Source: Candidatus Heimdallarchaeota archaeon
Lineage (GTDB): Archaea > Asgardarchaeota > Heimdallarchaeia > JABLTI01
Reading direction: 5' to 3'
Assembly (NCBI GenBank): GCA_030614005.1
Contig: JAUWKS010000040.1
Location: forward strand, 1-29,877
Length of the DNA stretch: 29,877 bases
The notes under the pieces are model-generated. The model worked only from the letters and a program-made list of their open reading frames with translations, had not been told where the DNA came from and made no database searches. Shown here piece by piece: positions 18,932-28,873 of the stretch. The translations under genes were made by a program, and so were the position numbers. The first letter of the stretch is position 1; every line of letters starts with the position of its first letter.

Positions 18932-19160
18932 TGAATTTAACCCTCCTATTTTTTCGTCCTCTAAAAAACAACCAATATTGTTACTTTTACGTATAATATT
19001 TAAGATTTTTATCCATAAAATTTCCTCTCTTTATTACTTATCAATCATGATGTATTCTGGATTAGGATGCCCTTCGCTGTTGTTCTTGAACCAACACAAC
19101 ATCACTTTCTTGTGTATAAATTAATTATTAAAATAGTAAAAGAAGAACCAAAGAAATAAC

Positions 19161-19469
19161 TCAACTATAACCCCATTTATCTGTTGTCATTTGCCAACGT
19201 TGAGATATTTCTTGTTTAAGGTCATCATCCAATTCATGAATGTTTGTTTGGAAATTTCTCTGAGTATCAAGATACGTCTTGAAATTATCTTCCGAAGAAT
19301 CCAATCCAGATAAGTTTAGCTTTAGATAAATTTCACGAAGATTATTGAATGGTTCTTGAATAAAATCTTCATACTTAATTTCAATGAGGTTACTATTAGG
19401 AATAAGATCTTTTTCTTTGAAGAATTTTTCAAACATTTTATTATAGGAATTGAAAACGAATTCTCTCAA
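19161..19469 (-). pseudogene. 3' remnant of a sulfotransferase-family gene
   Basis: IEIKYEDFIQEP...IY..LNL...Y..N.HEL...ISQRW...WGY. No N-terminal PAPS-binding half. Confidence 0.7.
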
Positions 19470-19880
19470 TAAGCACTAAAGGGACCGAAATCCATGTAAT
19501 AAAAGTAATAAAAAATGCCCGAGGAAGAAAACGGAAACTAATTCTGAAACGGTTTTCAAAAAGTTATTTCATCCAAGTTATAAATCTTGTACCAACAAGT
19601 GTCTGCTCAGTTACTTTTCGACTTTCCTGCATAATCAAGAGTTCTCCAATGGTCTCTTAAGATAATCTCTGATTTAAAGACTTATATTTCTTTTATCTAT
19701 AGAGAGTCTGATGTATGTGATAAAAAATAATAACCAAATTCAAGAAATAAAATTACAATTTATTTTGAAAATCAATTTTATGTAGTTTTATTAATAATTA
19801 AAATTGAAACAGCTCTCGAGAGTCCTTACCTATGTAAATAGAACTCTCCAAAAAATAGATTAAAAGGAGTAATCTCTACA

Positions 19881-20198
19881 TTATTTCTCAGCATTAGAGA
19901 GTTCAATTGCATTACCATCAGTGCAATAATATTCCCATCGAAGACTCATCATTTTGTATACTGGGCATGTCTTGCAAAGACATCCTTTCTTTTCTATGAT
20001 TAATGAGCTCTTACCTATCGAACAAAATGCTAGATTAGTTTCCCCTGTTCCATGATAGCTTGGACACTTTCCACAATAATCTTTACAAATGAATTTTATT
20101 TGTTCGAGTCCATCACTAATTTCTTTATCTGTCATTCCACTCATTATTTTGATTTTTTCTTCATATGGTTTATCTTTGAAACTTTCGTCGTCTATCAT
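19881..20198 (-). CDS. DUF2769-like Cys-rich protein
   Basis: CGKCPSY...FCSIGKS...GCLCKTCPV...YYCTDG pattern. Confidence 0.7.
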   Translation of the reverse strand: MIDDESFKDKPYEEKIKIMSGMTDKEISDGLEQIKFICKDYCGKCPSYHGTGETNLAFCSIGKSSLIIEKKGCLCKTCPVYKMMSLRWEYYCTDGNAIELSNAEK

Positions 20199-20480
20199 TC
20201 ATTACACCTTTATTCTATTCTTATTTTTTTCTGGGGAAACACAATTACTCTTGTGTTTTTCAAACCTACTTCTCGGTGAATAGCTCCTTTTTCATTTATC
20301 TATTACATAAACATATTATAAAAAACTTGATTTAAAGGTTAAGTCATATTGTGTAGAAATTTAATGATTGGAAATTAATTATCTCTTTTTGATTATGTTT
20401 CAGCTCCAGATTTACAAGCACTATCTATTGAATGTATAAAAATGAATAACCTTTTTATTTAGAAATTTGAAGCTATCATT

Positions 20481-21365
20481 ATGAAATTGCTTTTCATTTT
20501 TTTTAGTGGGACTGGTAATACTCAATATATTTCTGAGTACCTTAAAGATCGTTTACTAAAAGAACTTGAAACCATAAATTTAGAAATAACTCTAGCTGCC
20601 ATAGATTGGGTTGATCCAGAAATAATAAATGATTATGATATTATTTGCCTTGGATATCCGGTATATGCAGGGCTTGCACCAAGTTTGGTTAGAAAATTCA
20701 TTGATACACTTCCACAAGTTCAGAAGAAAGGATTGTTTGTTTTTAACACAAAAGGAATTGCCGAGGGAGTTGCTAATTGGCATACAATTCATCAATTGGA
20801 AAAAAAGGGGTTCAAATCATTAGGATTTCGTTCTTTTATTATGCCAGCTTCTGATGAAATAAGTATGTTAATCAAAAAGGATTCAAAACTTCATAAGAAA
20901 ATGTTAAGCAAAAACTTTGATCAAATTAAGAAAGCTGATAAATTCGCTGGAAAAATTGCCAATTCAATAACAATGTTAGATTCGATAAAAACAATTGATG
21001 AACTACCTCATAAAATCCCGATTAGAATTTTCGGTTTCATTACCACTGGTATCTTGCTTGTATTGTTTGATATTATTGGAACTGTTATGAGCAAAAAATT
21101 ACGTGCAGATGATAAATGCACTGCTTGCGAAGTGTGTGTAGAAGAATGTCCACAGCAAAATATCAACTTAAAAGATGGTTGTATTACATTTAATGATAAC
21201 TGTATTTTTTGTCTCAGATGTGTGAACAATTGTCCTGAAGAAGCAATTCAAATAGGGAAGATATCCGTTGGTAAAGCACGATGGCGAGGCCCAAAAAGCA
21301 ATTATAAATCTATGAAATATAAAATACCAAAAACATATAGCCAACAAGCTGAAAAAATCACATAA
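20481..21365 (+). CDS. EFR1-family flavodoxin-ferredoxin fusion
   Basis: FSGTGNT, GYPVY and two CxxCxxCxxxCP clusters. Confidence 0.9.
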   Translation: MKLLFIFFSGTGNTQYISEYLKDRLLKELETINLEITLAAIDWVDPEIINDYDIICLGYPVYAGLAPSLVRKFIDTLPQVQKKGLFVFNTKGIAEGVANWHTIHQLEKKGFKSLGFRSFIMPASDEISMLIKKDSKLHKKMLSKNFDQIKKADKFAGKIANSITMLDSIKTIDELPHKIPIRIFGFITTGILLVLFDIIGTVMSKKLRADDKCTACEVCVEECPQQNINLKDGCITFNDNCIFCLRCVNNCPEEAIQIGKISVGKARWRGPKSNYKSMKYKIPKTYSQQAEKIT

Positions 21366-21466
21366 AAACGTCGTTTTTTTTATCATTCTTACTTATACCT
21401 AAAAGACTATATTTAGAAATTAACTAGAAACAACAACATGACTTTAGAATCATATTAATATTTCAA

Positions 21467-23662
21467 TTGGATTTGAAAAAAATGAGCTTTGATGCAACAA
21501 ACATTGTTCCGGTTGAATACCAAGATCTTTTTACTATCATCTCTCCCGTAGATAAATCAGGTATTCTTAAGATAATCAAAAATAACGCTCAATCAGATAA
21601 TATCTATGAGCGATTTTATTTCGGATTAATGGAGTATTTAACCACATTTCAAAATGAAGATATTTCACCTCTTGTTTTTGTGATGTTTGCACAAATAGCT
21701 CAAGATACCGAGAGAAAAGAAAAGATACTAGAATTAATGGAAATGTTTCCAAAATCTCCTGAATTACAATACTATAAAATTGAATTTGAAAGCGATAAAG
21801 GAAATTTTGAAGATATAGATTCTGTGCTATCTCTAACGAGACTCCCAAAGGATGAAAGAACACAAATTTTCAATCGACTAGTTTCTGCTGATAAATTAGC
21901 CAAAATCATCCTAGAACTTCAAAGTTTTGAATCGGAGTTTAGATATTATGTTCAAAAACAAGATTATGAAAAGGTAAAAGAGGTATATTCCCTTGCAGAG
22001 AAAATTTGGAAACGTTCACTTGTTTGGATTAAAAATAAACCAATAATTTTTCTTATTGAACAGATTATTACTTTGATCTTATCCTATGCCAATATACTGA
22101 TTTCCATGGAAACTGTTGATGCAGCGGTAGACTTTTTCGAACAAGAAGAAATTCAAGCAGTTATAGAACAAGCTCAGAGTACTTTTACAAAAAGCTCAAT
22201 ATTATATGTTAGTGCAAATATTTACTATAGTGCTAGTCAACCTCAAAAAGCAATCAAGCAAATGGAGATAGCAATATCCCTTTTACCAGAAGTGTTTGGA
22301 AGAAAACAGTGGAAATCAAACTTTTACCACAATTATGCTGTTATGCTTACCATTATAGATCTTAACCGTTCAATAGATGCTTTTGAAAAAAGTCTAGAAC
22401 TTCTTGATGAAACAGAAGATTATCAATCTATTATTCATACTTTGAGTAATCTTGTTAGTTTAAAAATGGAAATCAATGCTGTTGATGAAGCTCGAGAAAT
22501 GCTCAAAAAAATTGTTGCTCTTATCGATGAAAAAGAAGAACTTGCAACGCCTTTCAGAGTATATTCTGTTGCAGTAAATGCTATTTCACTTGAAGACCCC
22601 TTGCTTGCTAGAAAGTATCTTGATCTCCTCAAGAAAAAAGTAGAAGAAAATCCTACACCAAAGAATATGGGACACCTTACTGGTGCTAATATGTATTACT
22701 ATATGGATTTAGAAATAAACTATGAAGAAGTGATAAAATGGGGTACTGATTATCTCTATTACGTTAATAAAGAAAATAATTATCTAAATATCGTTACTGC
22801 ACTGTTTAATCTCACAGTAGCAGAATTTCAATTCTACAAAATGGCTGGACGAAATCGCTATCTAAATGCTTCTAAAAAACGTCTAACTGAATTACTTTCA
22901 TTTATTGGAAAATTAGAACAAGAGGATTATCTGGCGATAAAGAATGCTCTGTTAGCATGTTACGAAATACTTCTTGATAATTATCAAATTGCTGGAGAGT
23001 TTATTGCTGCTATTCCTGAAGTTGTTACTGTAGACGTAATCAAAATCACTGATATGCTAAAGGAACTTTATTCCTATCTTTTGGGGATTGTTGCTTCAGA
23101 AAGAATCGAATCTGATGATACTACAAAAGCAACAGCGGAGAAATATCCCGGACAAACTCTATTCAACGAAATTGCATCCAATAAAGACGCAGCTTTGGCC
23201 AATGTTTCTCACATAATAGAACGCTGTCTTAACTTACTAATAGCTTTACCAACAGAATTCAAGCCAAATAAAGCAGATATCAATTTAATTCTATTAATAA
23301 ACAATGCTGGATTAGCTATTTTCACAAGAGTTTTTAATGAAAAATTGTTGGATAAATATCTCATATCTAATTTCATCTCAGCAATAAATTCATTTGGAAT
23401 TGAACTCTTTGGATCGCGTGTTCCGTATTTTTCGATTAAAAGAGGAGACAATATTATTCTCTTCCAGAATGTAAACTCTGAATTAAACCTAGCAATGATA
23501 GCAAACCAAGAGAATTATGATTCAATCTCGAAACTTAATTCACTTGCGAAAGAAATCAAAGATTATTTGTTGATGAATGAAACGGATATCTCAAATATTT
23601 TATTAGCTGATAGGAAATTTTTTGAGTGGATGGACAATAGTATAAATGAAATGATATCCTAG
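21467..23662 (+). CDS. TPR-like helical-repeat protein with a C-terminal longin/roadblock-like domain
   Basis: Helical repeats (KAIKQMEIAISL, RSIDAFEKSLEL); C-terminal LILLINNAGLAIF...LISNFISAINSFGIELFG. Confidence 0.65.
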   Translation: MDLKKMSFDATNIVPVEYQDLFTIISPVDKSGILKIIKNNAQSDNIYERFYFGLMEYLTTFQNEDISPLVFVMFAQIAQDTERKEKILELMEMFPKSPELQYYKIEFESDKGNFEDIDSVLSLTRLPKDERTQIFNRLVSADKLAKIILELQSFESEFRYYVQKQDYEKVKEVYSLAEKIWKRSLVWIKNKPIIFLIEQIITLILSYANILISMETVDAAVDFFEQEEIQAVIEQAQSTFTKSSILYVSANIYYSASQPQKAIKQMEIAISLLPEVFGRKQWKSNFYHNYAVMLTIIDLNRSIDAFEKSLELLDETEDYQSIIHTLSNLVSLKMEINAVDEAREMLKKIVALIDEKEELATPFRVYSVAVNAISLEDPLLARKYLDLLKKKVEENPTPKNMGHLTGANMYYYMDLEINYEEVIKWGTDYLYYVNKENNYLNIVTALFNLTVAEFQFYKMAGRNRYLNASKKRLTELLSFIGKLEQEDYLAIKNALLACYEILLDNYQIAGEFIAAIPEVVTVDVIKITDMLKELYSYLLGIVASERIESDDTTKATAEKYPGQTLFNEIASNKDAALANVSHIIERCLNLLIALPTEFKPNKADINLILLINNAGLAIFTRVFNEKLLDKYLISNFISAINSFGIELFGSRVPYFSIKRGDNIILFQNVNSELNLAMIANQENYDSISKLNSLAKEIKDYLLMNETDISNILLADRKFFEWMDNSINEMIS

Positions 23663-23832
23663 TTATTCATAATACATTCTCTAGTTAGCAATTAAAAAGC
23701 ATACCGTTTCTTATTTTAGAAATTTTTACTCTGGAAATTTCACTGTCGCAGGAATCTGTTCAAGAATTCACAAGAAAAAGGATAATTTTGAAATAGGAAC
23801 AAAACTATTGATCAGAAACCAGTCAATGAAAT

Positions 23833-24039
23833 TTAATGTGGTGGTTTTGAGTCTTTTCGAGATTCAGTAGCTGGTTTACCCTCTATACCCCAATGCGATT
23901 TAGGTGATTCATGAATTACAATGTGCACAGCTTGTTGAGGGATACTCATATCGACAAAAACCTTTGTAATACCTTCGATAACTTGTTTTATTTTTTCTTC
24001 ACTGGAACCTTCCCAGAGATGAACATGGACAATTGGCAT
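23833..24039 (-). CDS. 4-oxalocrotonate tautomerase family protein
   Basis: MPIVHVHLWEG (catalytic Pro1) and VHIVIHESPKSHWGIEG. Start moved to MP. Confidence 0.92.
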   Translation of the reverse strand: MPIVHVHLWEGSSEEKIKQVIEGITKVFVDMSIPQQAVHIVIHESPKSHWGIEGKPATESRKDSKPPH

Positions 24040-24119
24040 GATTTTTTCACAAAGCACAATCACGAATTATCGTTTAATTACTTTTCTAGATACGAATGAG
24101 AAGAGAATAGTCAAAACAA

Positions 24120-24620
24120 TTACTCTTGTTTAGATAATTCAGCTAGTAAATCACATATTTCTTCAGGATTTTTTGTTGAAAAAACGAATGGTCTATTTTC
24201 TTCAGTTGAAAGTTTAACAGCATCTCCGAAACCTGTTGTAAAAGCTAAAGATGAATCATTGCCAAATCGAACTCCAAATCCTAAGTATTTTTTGAATGAA
24301 GCTTTTGTTGCTTCAAAACTGGTAATATTATCTATTGAAATCTTCTTTTTATGCAATCCGAATCTTACTATTATTTCTTCTTTGATTATGGTAATTTCAA
24401 TTCCCCTATAATTTATCCCAATTAATAGGAAAAACAACGCAAGAATACTGCAGAGAGAAATGGTAAAAACCTTATCGTAAGGATCTAAAGTAATAGTCAT
24501 TATTATTGCTGATACTAATAACACAATAAATAATGAAATTGATATTGTAACAAACAAATTAATTGGAATCCATTCTTTGTATTTTACTTCACTTTCATCA
24601 ACAGTGTTTCTGCGTTTCAA
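24120..24620 (-). CDS. Hypothetical membrane protein (2 TM plus a bacterial PH-like domain)
   Basis: Two TM segments; then GFGVRFG and FVFSTKNPEEI. Confidence 0.7.
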   Translation of the reverse strand: MKRRNTVDESEVKYKEWIPINLFVTISISLFIVLLVSAIIMTITLDPYDKVFTISLCSILALFFLLIGINYRGIEITIIKEEIIVRFGLHKKKISIDNITSFEATKASFKKYLGFGVRFGNDSSLAFTTGFGDAVKLSTEENRPFVFSTKNPEEICDLLAELSKQE

Positions 24621-24701
24621 TTTAATCAGTCCTGTTATTAAACAAGTTAATATCCAATCTAATTATTATTTCTTTGCCTTTAAGAATTTTCAGTTTTTTT
24701 T

Positions 24702-25274
24702 TCACTTGTTCTTATAGAATATTCCTTTAGCGTATTCTTCAAGAGTTATAGGTTGATACTCAAATGTATCAACTAGAATTTGATGATCTTTTGGTACTTG
24801 TTCTGAATAACTAATTGGAAAATTATTCAATAAGCCAACATATTTTACTAAATGTCGTAAATATGGATTAAATGGATACGAGAGTATGGAAGCAATTTTC
24901 AATCCAAATAATGGAATTTTTCTATATTTTATTTTCCTATCAAGTAATTTTGAAAATCTTTGAGCAACATCAGGAAACGAAAAAGGCTCCGAAAAAGTCA
25001 TATGAAATCTTTTTCCTGAAAGATCATTTCTAATTGATGCTAATGCTGCTATTTCACCTACATCTTGAGGTGCTACAGAAGGCATCAATGGAGAACCTCC
25101 TCCCGGAACAATTAACGAATTCTTTCGAGTAAAACTAGTAAATATTTGATACGAAGGTGGGCAACCAAGAACAGTCCAATTAAAATCAGAATTCTTTAAT
25201 CGCTCTTCTATGGTCATTTTAAGATATCCAACTTCAAGTTTTAATTTCTCAATTAAACTCCAATTACATTTTTA
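24702..25274 (-). pseudogene. 3' remnant of an NmrA/atypical SDR NAD(P)-binding protein
   Basis: YLKMTIEERLKNSDFNWT and SVAPQDVGEIAA. The N-terminal Rossmann GxxGxxG half is absent; the frame starts within a few nt of the upstream gene's stop. Confidence 0.7.
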
Positions 25275-25281
25275 GTGGTAC

Positions 25282-25773
25282 TCATCTATTCATCTCATCA
25301 GGATGCTCTTGAAAAGCTTCTGCTTTGGATCTATCAGGATTATTTATTGCACCGCCAATTAAACCAGCGATTATACTTGTTACGCCCAATATTGCTGAAA
25401 CTATTAGTGAAATAAGAATTCCAATAGCTATTAAGACTCCAATAACAGCTGAATAATCTGCGGGATTAACCGCACCTAAAGTTGCAAATCCAAAAATAAC
25501 TGCAAGAAGACCGCTTCCTGTAAAGACAGTTAGGAAGGTAATTATTATAGAATTTATGATGAAGCCAATAATTGCTGTTAAGAAACCTGCTAATGCTCCT
25601 CTTCCTGGTCCAGATGCTATTACTCCTGCTACAAATCCACCAATAAGCCAACTTCCAAGAGCAACAAATGCAATACTTGGTACAGTTTGAGCTAACCAAA
25701 ATGATAGAACGAGTATTCCAACACCAATAAATGCACCTACTATCGCACCTAAGAATGTTCTACGTTTACTCAT
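25282..25773 (-). CDS. Gly-rich multi-TM membrane protein (DUF5518-like)
   Basis: Four to five hydrophobic GxxxG-rich segments. Confidence 0.7.
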   Translation of the reverse strand: MSKRRTFLGAIVGAFIGVGILVLSFWLAQTVPSIAFVALGSWLIGGFVAGVIASGPGRGALAGFLTAIIGFIINSIIITFLTVFTGSGLLAVIFGFATLGAVNPADYSAVIGVLIAIGILISLIVSAILGVTSIIAGLIGGAINNPDRSKAEAFQEHPDEMNR

Positions 25774-25977
25774 TTAAATTCAACCATTTTACTATACTAC
25801 TAGTTATTACAATGAAATGGTAATAAAACATTTCTTATTGCGGAGCTATATCAATATGTGCTGCACAGAAGCGATGACAAAATAACCGATGAAATAATCA
25901 ATTATAGGTGTATTTTTTAATTTCTTAAGGAAAGTATATATCCTTATTCGACAAAGTAAATTAGAATTTTTTTATGA

Positions 25978-26799
25978 TTGTATAATAAAATGCAATTTCA
26001 TAGGATGGAAATAATTTTGGATTTGAAATGTGTTATCATATTATGTGCTGGAATGGGTTCAAGGTTAAGACCACAGACCAATATCTTACCTAAACCTCTA
26101 ATTATTGTTCGAAATAAACCTATGATTGACTTTATTATTGAAAATTTTATCTGGAACAATTTTGAAAGCTTCATTATTGTATTAGGATATAGATGGAAAA
26201 AGATGCAAAGACATTTGATTGCTTTGCAAAAGCAATTGAAGAAGAAGTACCCAGATAGGGTGATTGATTTTCATTTTGTTATTAATTCTGCTATTGAGCG
26301 AGGTAATGGACACAGTGGATATTTAGGACTCTCAAAAGCAGTTGAGTTAGACCTTGGAGAAAGAGCTTTCGTTTCAATGGGAGATCATCTTTACTCTAAC
26401 CAATTAATTAGGATTCTCAAAACACAAAGTAATAGAGATTATGATATTCTTATTGCAACAGAACCGAGATTGAATCAAGCACATATCGATATAGAAGATG
26501 CGACTAAAATACTTGGTTCTGAACACGGTTTAGTTCTAAGTATTGGTAAGAATATTGAACAATTCAATAGAATAGATATGGGCGTATTTGAATTAAAGAC
26601 TACTATTTGCGATTTAATTAAAAACCTTGAAAGAAACCAAGAATTTTATAGTTGGACAGATGTAGTAAAAAAAGTAATTTCTTCAAATCTTTCTGTCTAT
26701 TACTGTGATATGCCTGAATTAACTTGGATTGATGTGGATAATCCCAACGATTTTTCTTTTGCTTCAAAGTATTTCGAAGATATCACAGTATATGAGTGA
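25978..26799 (+). CDS. NTP-transferase (IPCT/LicC-like phosphocholine or inositol-phosphate cytidylyltransferase); true start probably slightly downstream
   Basis: ILCAGMGSRL..PKPL, VSMGDH, IDMGVF and WIDVDNPND. Confidence 0.85.
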   Translation: MYNKMQFHRMEIILDLKCVIILCAGMGSRLRPQTNILPKPLIIVRNKPMIDFIIENFIWNNFESFIIVLGYRWKKMQRHLIALQKQLKKKYPDRVIDFHFVINSAIERGNGHSGYLGLSKAVELDLGERAFVSMGDHLYSNQLIRILKTQSNRDYDILIATEPRLNQAHIDIEDATKILGSEHGLVLSIGKNIEQFNRIDMGVFELKTTICDLIKNLERNQEFYSWTDVVKKVISSNLSVYYCDMPELTWIDVDNPNDFSFASKYFEDITVYE

Positions 26800-26916
26800 A
26801 GATCAATATTCAGAGACATTACAATTTGTTAAGTTATTCAGAATAAAGGTTCTTTCAATAACGACTGTTATTAAAGACCGACTATTCTAGTGCTATAATA
26901 TACTTCCTTAATAAAG

Positions 26917-28437
26917 ATGATAATTGTTGGGTGTAATGAAATGGAACAAGAAAACAAAGAAAGAATAAAAACTGCAGGAAATAAATTAAGAGCTATTATC
27001 TGGTTGCCTGAATTTTCAGAATTTAAGGATGAGATGGGAGGAAAAGAACCAATAATTCTCCAGAATAAACTGGCAAAATCGTCAGTTCTTAGTCGCCAAT
27101 TAAAAGTTCTAGAAGAGAATAGTTTCACAGAAATTTATTTTGTCTATACATCAAATTCAATGAAAGAATCAATCGAGAAGAAATTAAACCAAGAAAAGCA
27201 TTACTGGCATTCAAGAAATGTTACTTTTGGATTTTGTGAACAGCGAAAAATCCATACGCAAATGGAATATTGGCAAAGAATGAATCCTGAAGAATCAATA
27301 TTGAATATTGCTGCTGAATGGTTGATAGATAATAGAATCATCAAAACAATCTTACTAGAGAATAGAGATAGTAAAGAAGAACAACTTGAAGTAAAAGAGC
27401 AAAAGATTAACTTGATACGAGAAGATAGAGAAGAGTTTCTTGACAAAAATATTAGCAAACTTCAATCGAATGCACTTTTACCAATAATCTTTCTACCCCG
27501 AGGAACAATTCAAGGAGTTGTTTCCAGTACAGATGACAGCATAAAAAATAATGAGCAAATTAAAACAATAACTGATTTAATGTTTTTGTGTCAAAAAAAA
27601 CAACATAAGATAATTTTACTTTCATCAATTCCAACATATAATCCTTCAATGAGAAGAAAAGTACCAATCTATTATTTTGTTGTGAAAAAAGCTAAAGATT
27701 TACGAGAAGTAAAATGGTCATTAGTGAAGTTAACACAAAAGGGAACGTTAGATTTCATAGCCTGGTATTTCAATCGTCCACTTGAGAATCTGACACTTAA
27801 TTTAATTGCTAATGGTCCTTTCACACCAAATCACATAACACTTTTTGTAAACATTATAGCATTTATAGTAGCAGGATGTTTTATTGCAGCACCATATCTA
27901 GTAACAAATCACTTAATGCTATCAAAACTTCTTCCTTGGTTAGCTTTTATTGGTCTTATTGTAGTTAATATCCTTGATGGAGTTGATGGAAAACTCGCCA
28001 GAATAAGAGATAAATTAACACTACTAGGACATCTTGAGCACAGTTTTGATCAACTCTATGAACAAACAGTCTATTTTGCTGCAATGTGGTATTGTTTGAA
28101 TATAACTAATCAAAATCTCATCCCATGGATTTTCTTAATAATTTCATTCTTAATAATTGATACTTTTAGCAGGCACGTCTCAATGCAATACTATATTGTA
28201 ATGAAAATTTCCTTAGCAGATAGTGGGAGATTAGATAGAATTTTCAGGAGAATAGATGGAAGAAGAAATACATATACTATTCATTTTCTAGTCTTCTTAC
28301 TAATTCCTTGGAAGCAATATCTCATAGTTTCTATGTTAGTGCACGCAACAATTACTGGAATAATTTATGCAAGTAGAGCAATATATCATCTAAACAGAGC
28401 TGATAAAGAAATCTTTCCGGAAATTGAAACTATTTAA
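26917..28437 (+). CDS. CDP-alcohol phosphotransferase with a degenerate N-terminal NTP-transferase-like domain
   Basis: TPNHIT and DGVDGKLAR-x8-GHLEHSFD; C-terminal TMs; N-terminal PIIL...VLSRQLKVL...FTEIYFV without GxGxR. Confidence 0.85.
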   Translation: MIIVGCNEMEQENKERIKTAGNKLRAIIWLPEFSEFKDEMGGKEPIILQNKLAKSSVLSRQLKVLEENSFTEIYFVYTSNSMKESIEKKLNQEKHYWHSRNVTFGFCEQRKIHTQMEYWQRMNPEESILNIAAEWLIDNRIIKTILLENRDSKEEQLEVKEQKINLIREDREEFLDKNISKLQSNALLPIIFLPRGTIQGVVSSTDDSIKNNEQIKTITDLMFLCQKKQHKIILLSSIPTYNPSMRRKVPIYYFVVKKAKDLREVKWSLVKLTQKGTLDFIAWYFNRPLENLTLNLIANGPFTPNHITLFVNIIAFIVAGCFIAAPYLVTNHLMLSKLLPWLAFIGLIVVNILDGVDGKLARIRDKLTLLGHLEHSFDQLYEQTVYFAAMWYCLNITNQNLIPWIFLIISFLIIDTFSRHVSMQYYIVMKISLADSGRLDRIFRRIDGRRNTYTIHFLVFLLIPWKQYLIVSMLVHATITGIIYASRAIYHLNRADKEIFPEIETI

Positions 28438-28873
28438 ATACCAAATTAAATAATTACTAAATAGGTTAAGGATAGAGATTGATTTAGAATTGACTATTGA
28501 AAAGAAAGCTGAATTGCTTGATAGAATAAGAGATGGCAAAAAAGTAAAAAACAAATGGCTAACAACTGTTTGTATGATTTTTGCTGAAGATATATTTGAG
28601 TAGCTAATGAGTGTAAAATGTCTATATTTTTTTGAGGAAAACGTTGTTACTCTTGTGTTTTCTATACCTGTTTGTTGGCGGACAAGGTCCTTTTTCGTTT
28701 ATCTTTAGCGTCAATATCTTTGAATATTACCATTGTTAATTAATTTTGCTAATTATTATCCTCCCAATAAAAATAATTTTTTAAAAAGAAAAACAGTAAG
28801 AAATTAGATTATAACCACTAGCTCAGACAGCATTAATAAAACTGGGAAGATACTAGAGCTAGAACTCTAGTAT

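Noticed and set aside
9740-23451. Short antisense or overlapping ORFs in the track (e.g. 9740-10042, 13983-14213, 14093-14404, 15956-16159, 16726-16962, 17596-17946, 20052-20283, 20592-21386, 21576-21863, 22435-22632, 23209-23451)
   Set aside because: They are shadows of well-supported genes or remnants, with no recognisable motifs. The same applies to 23911-24099, 25466-25699, 26871-27128 and 27201-27458.
28438-28873. Possible small gene between the convergent last two CDSs
   Set aside because: Only a 23-codon ATG frame and start-less frames, with no recognisable motif.
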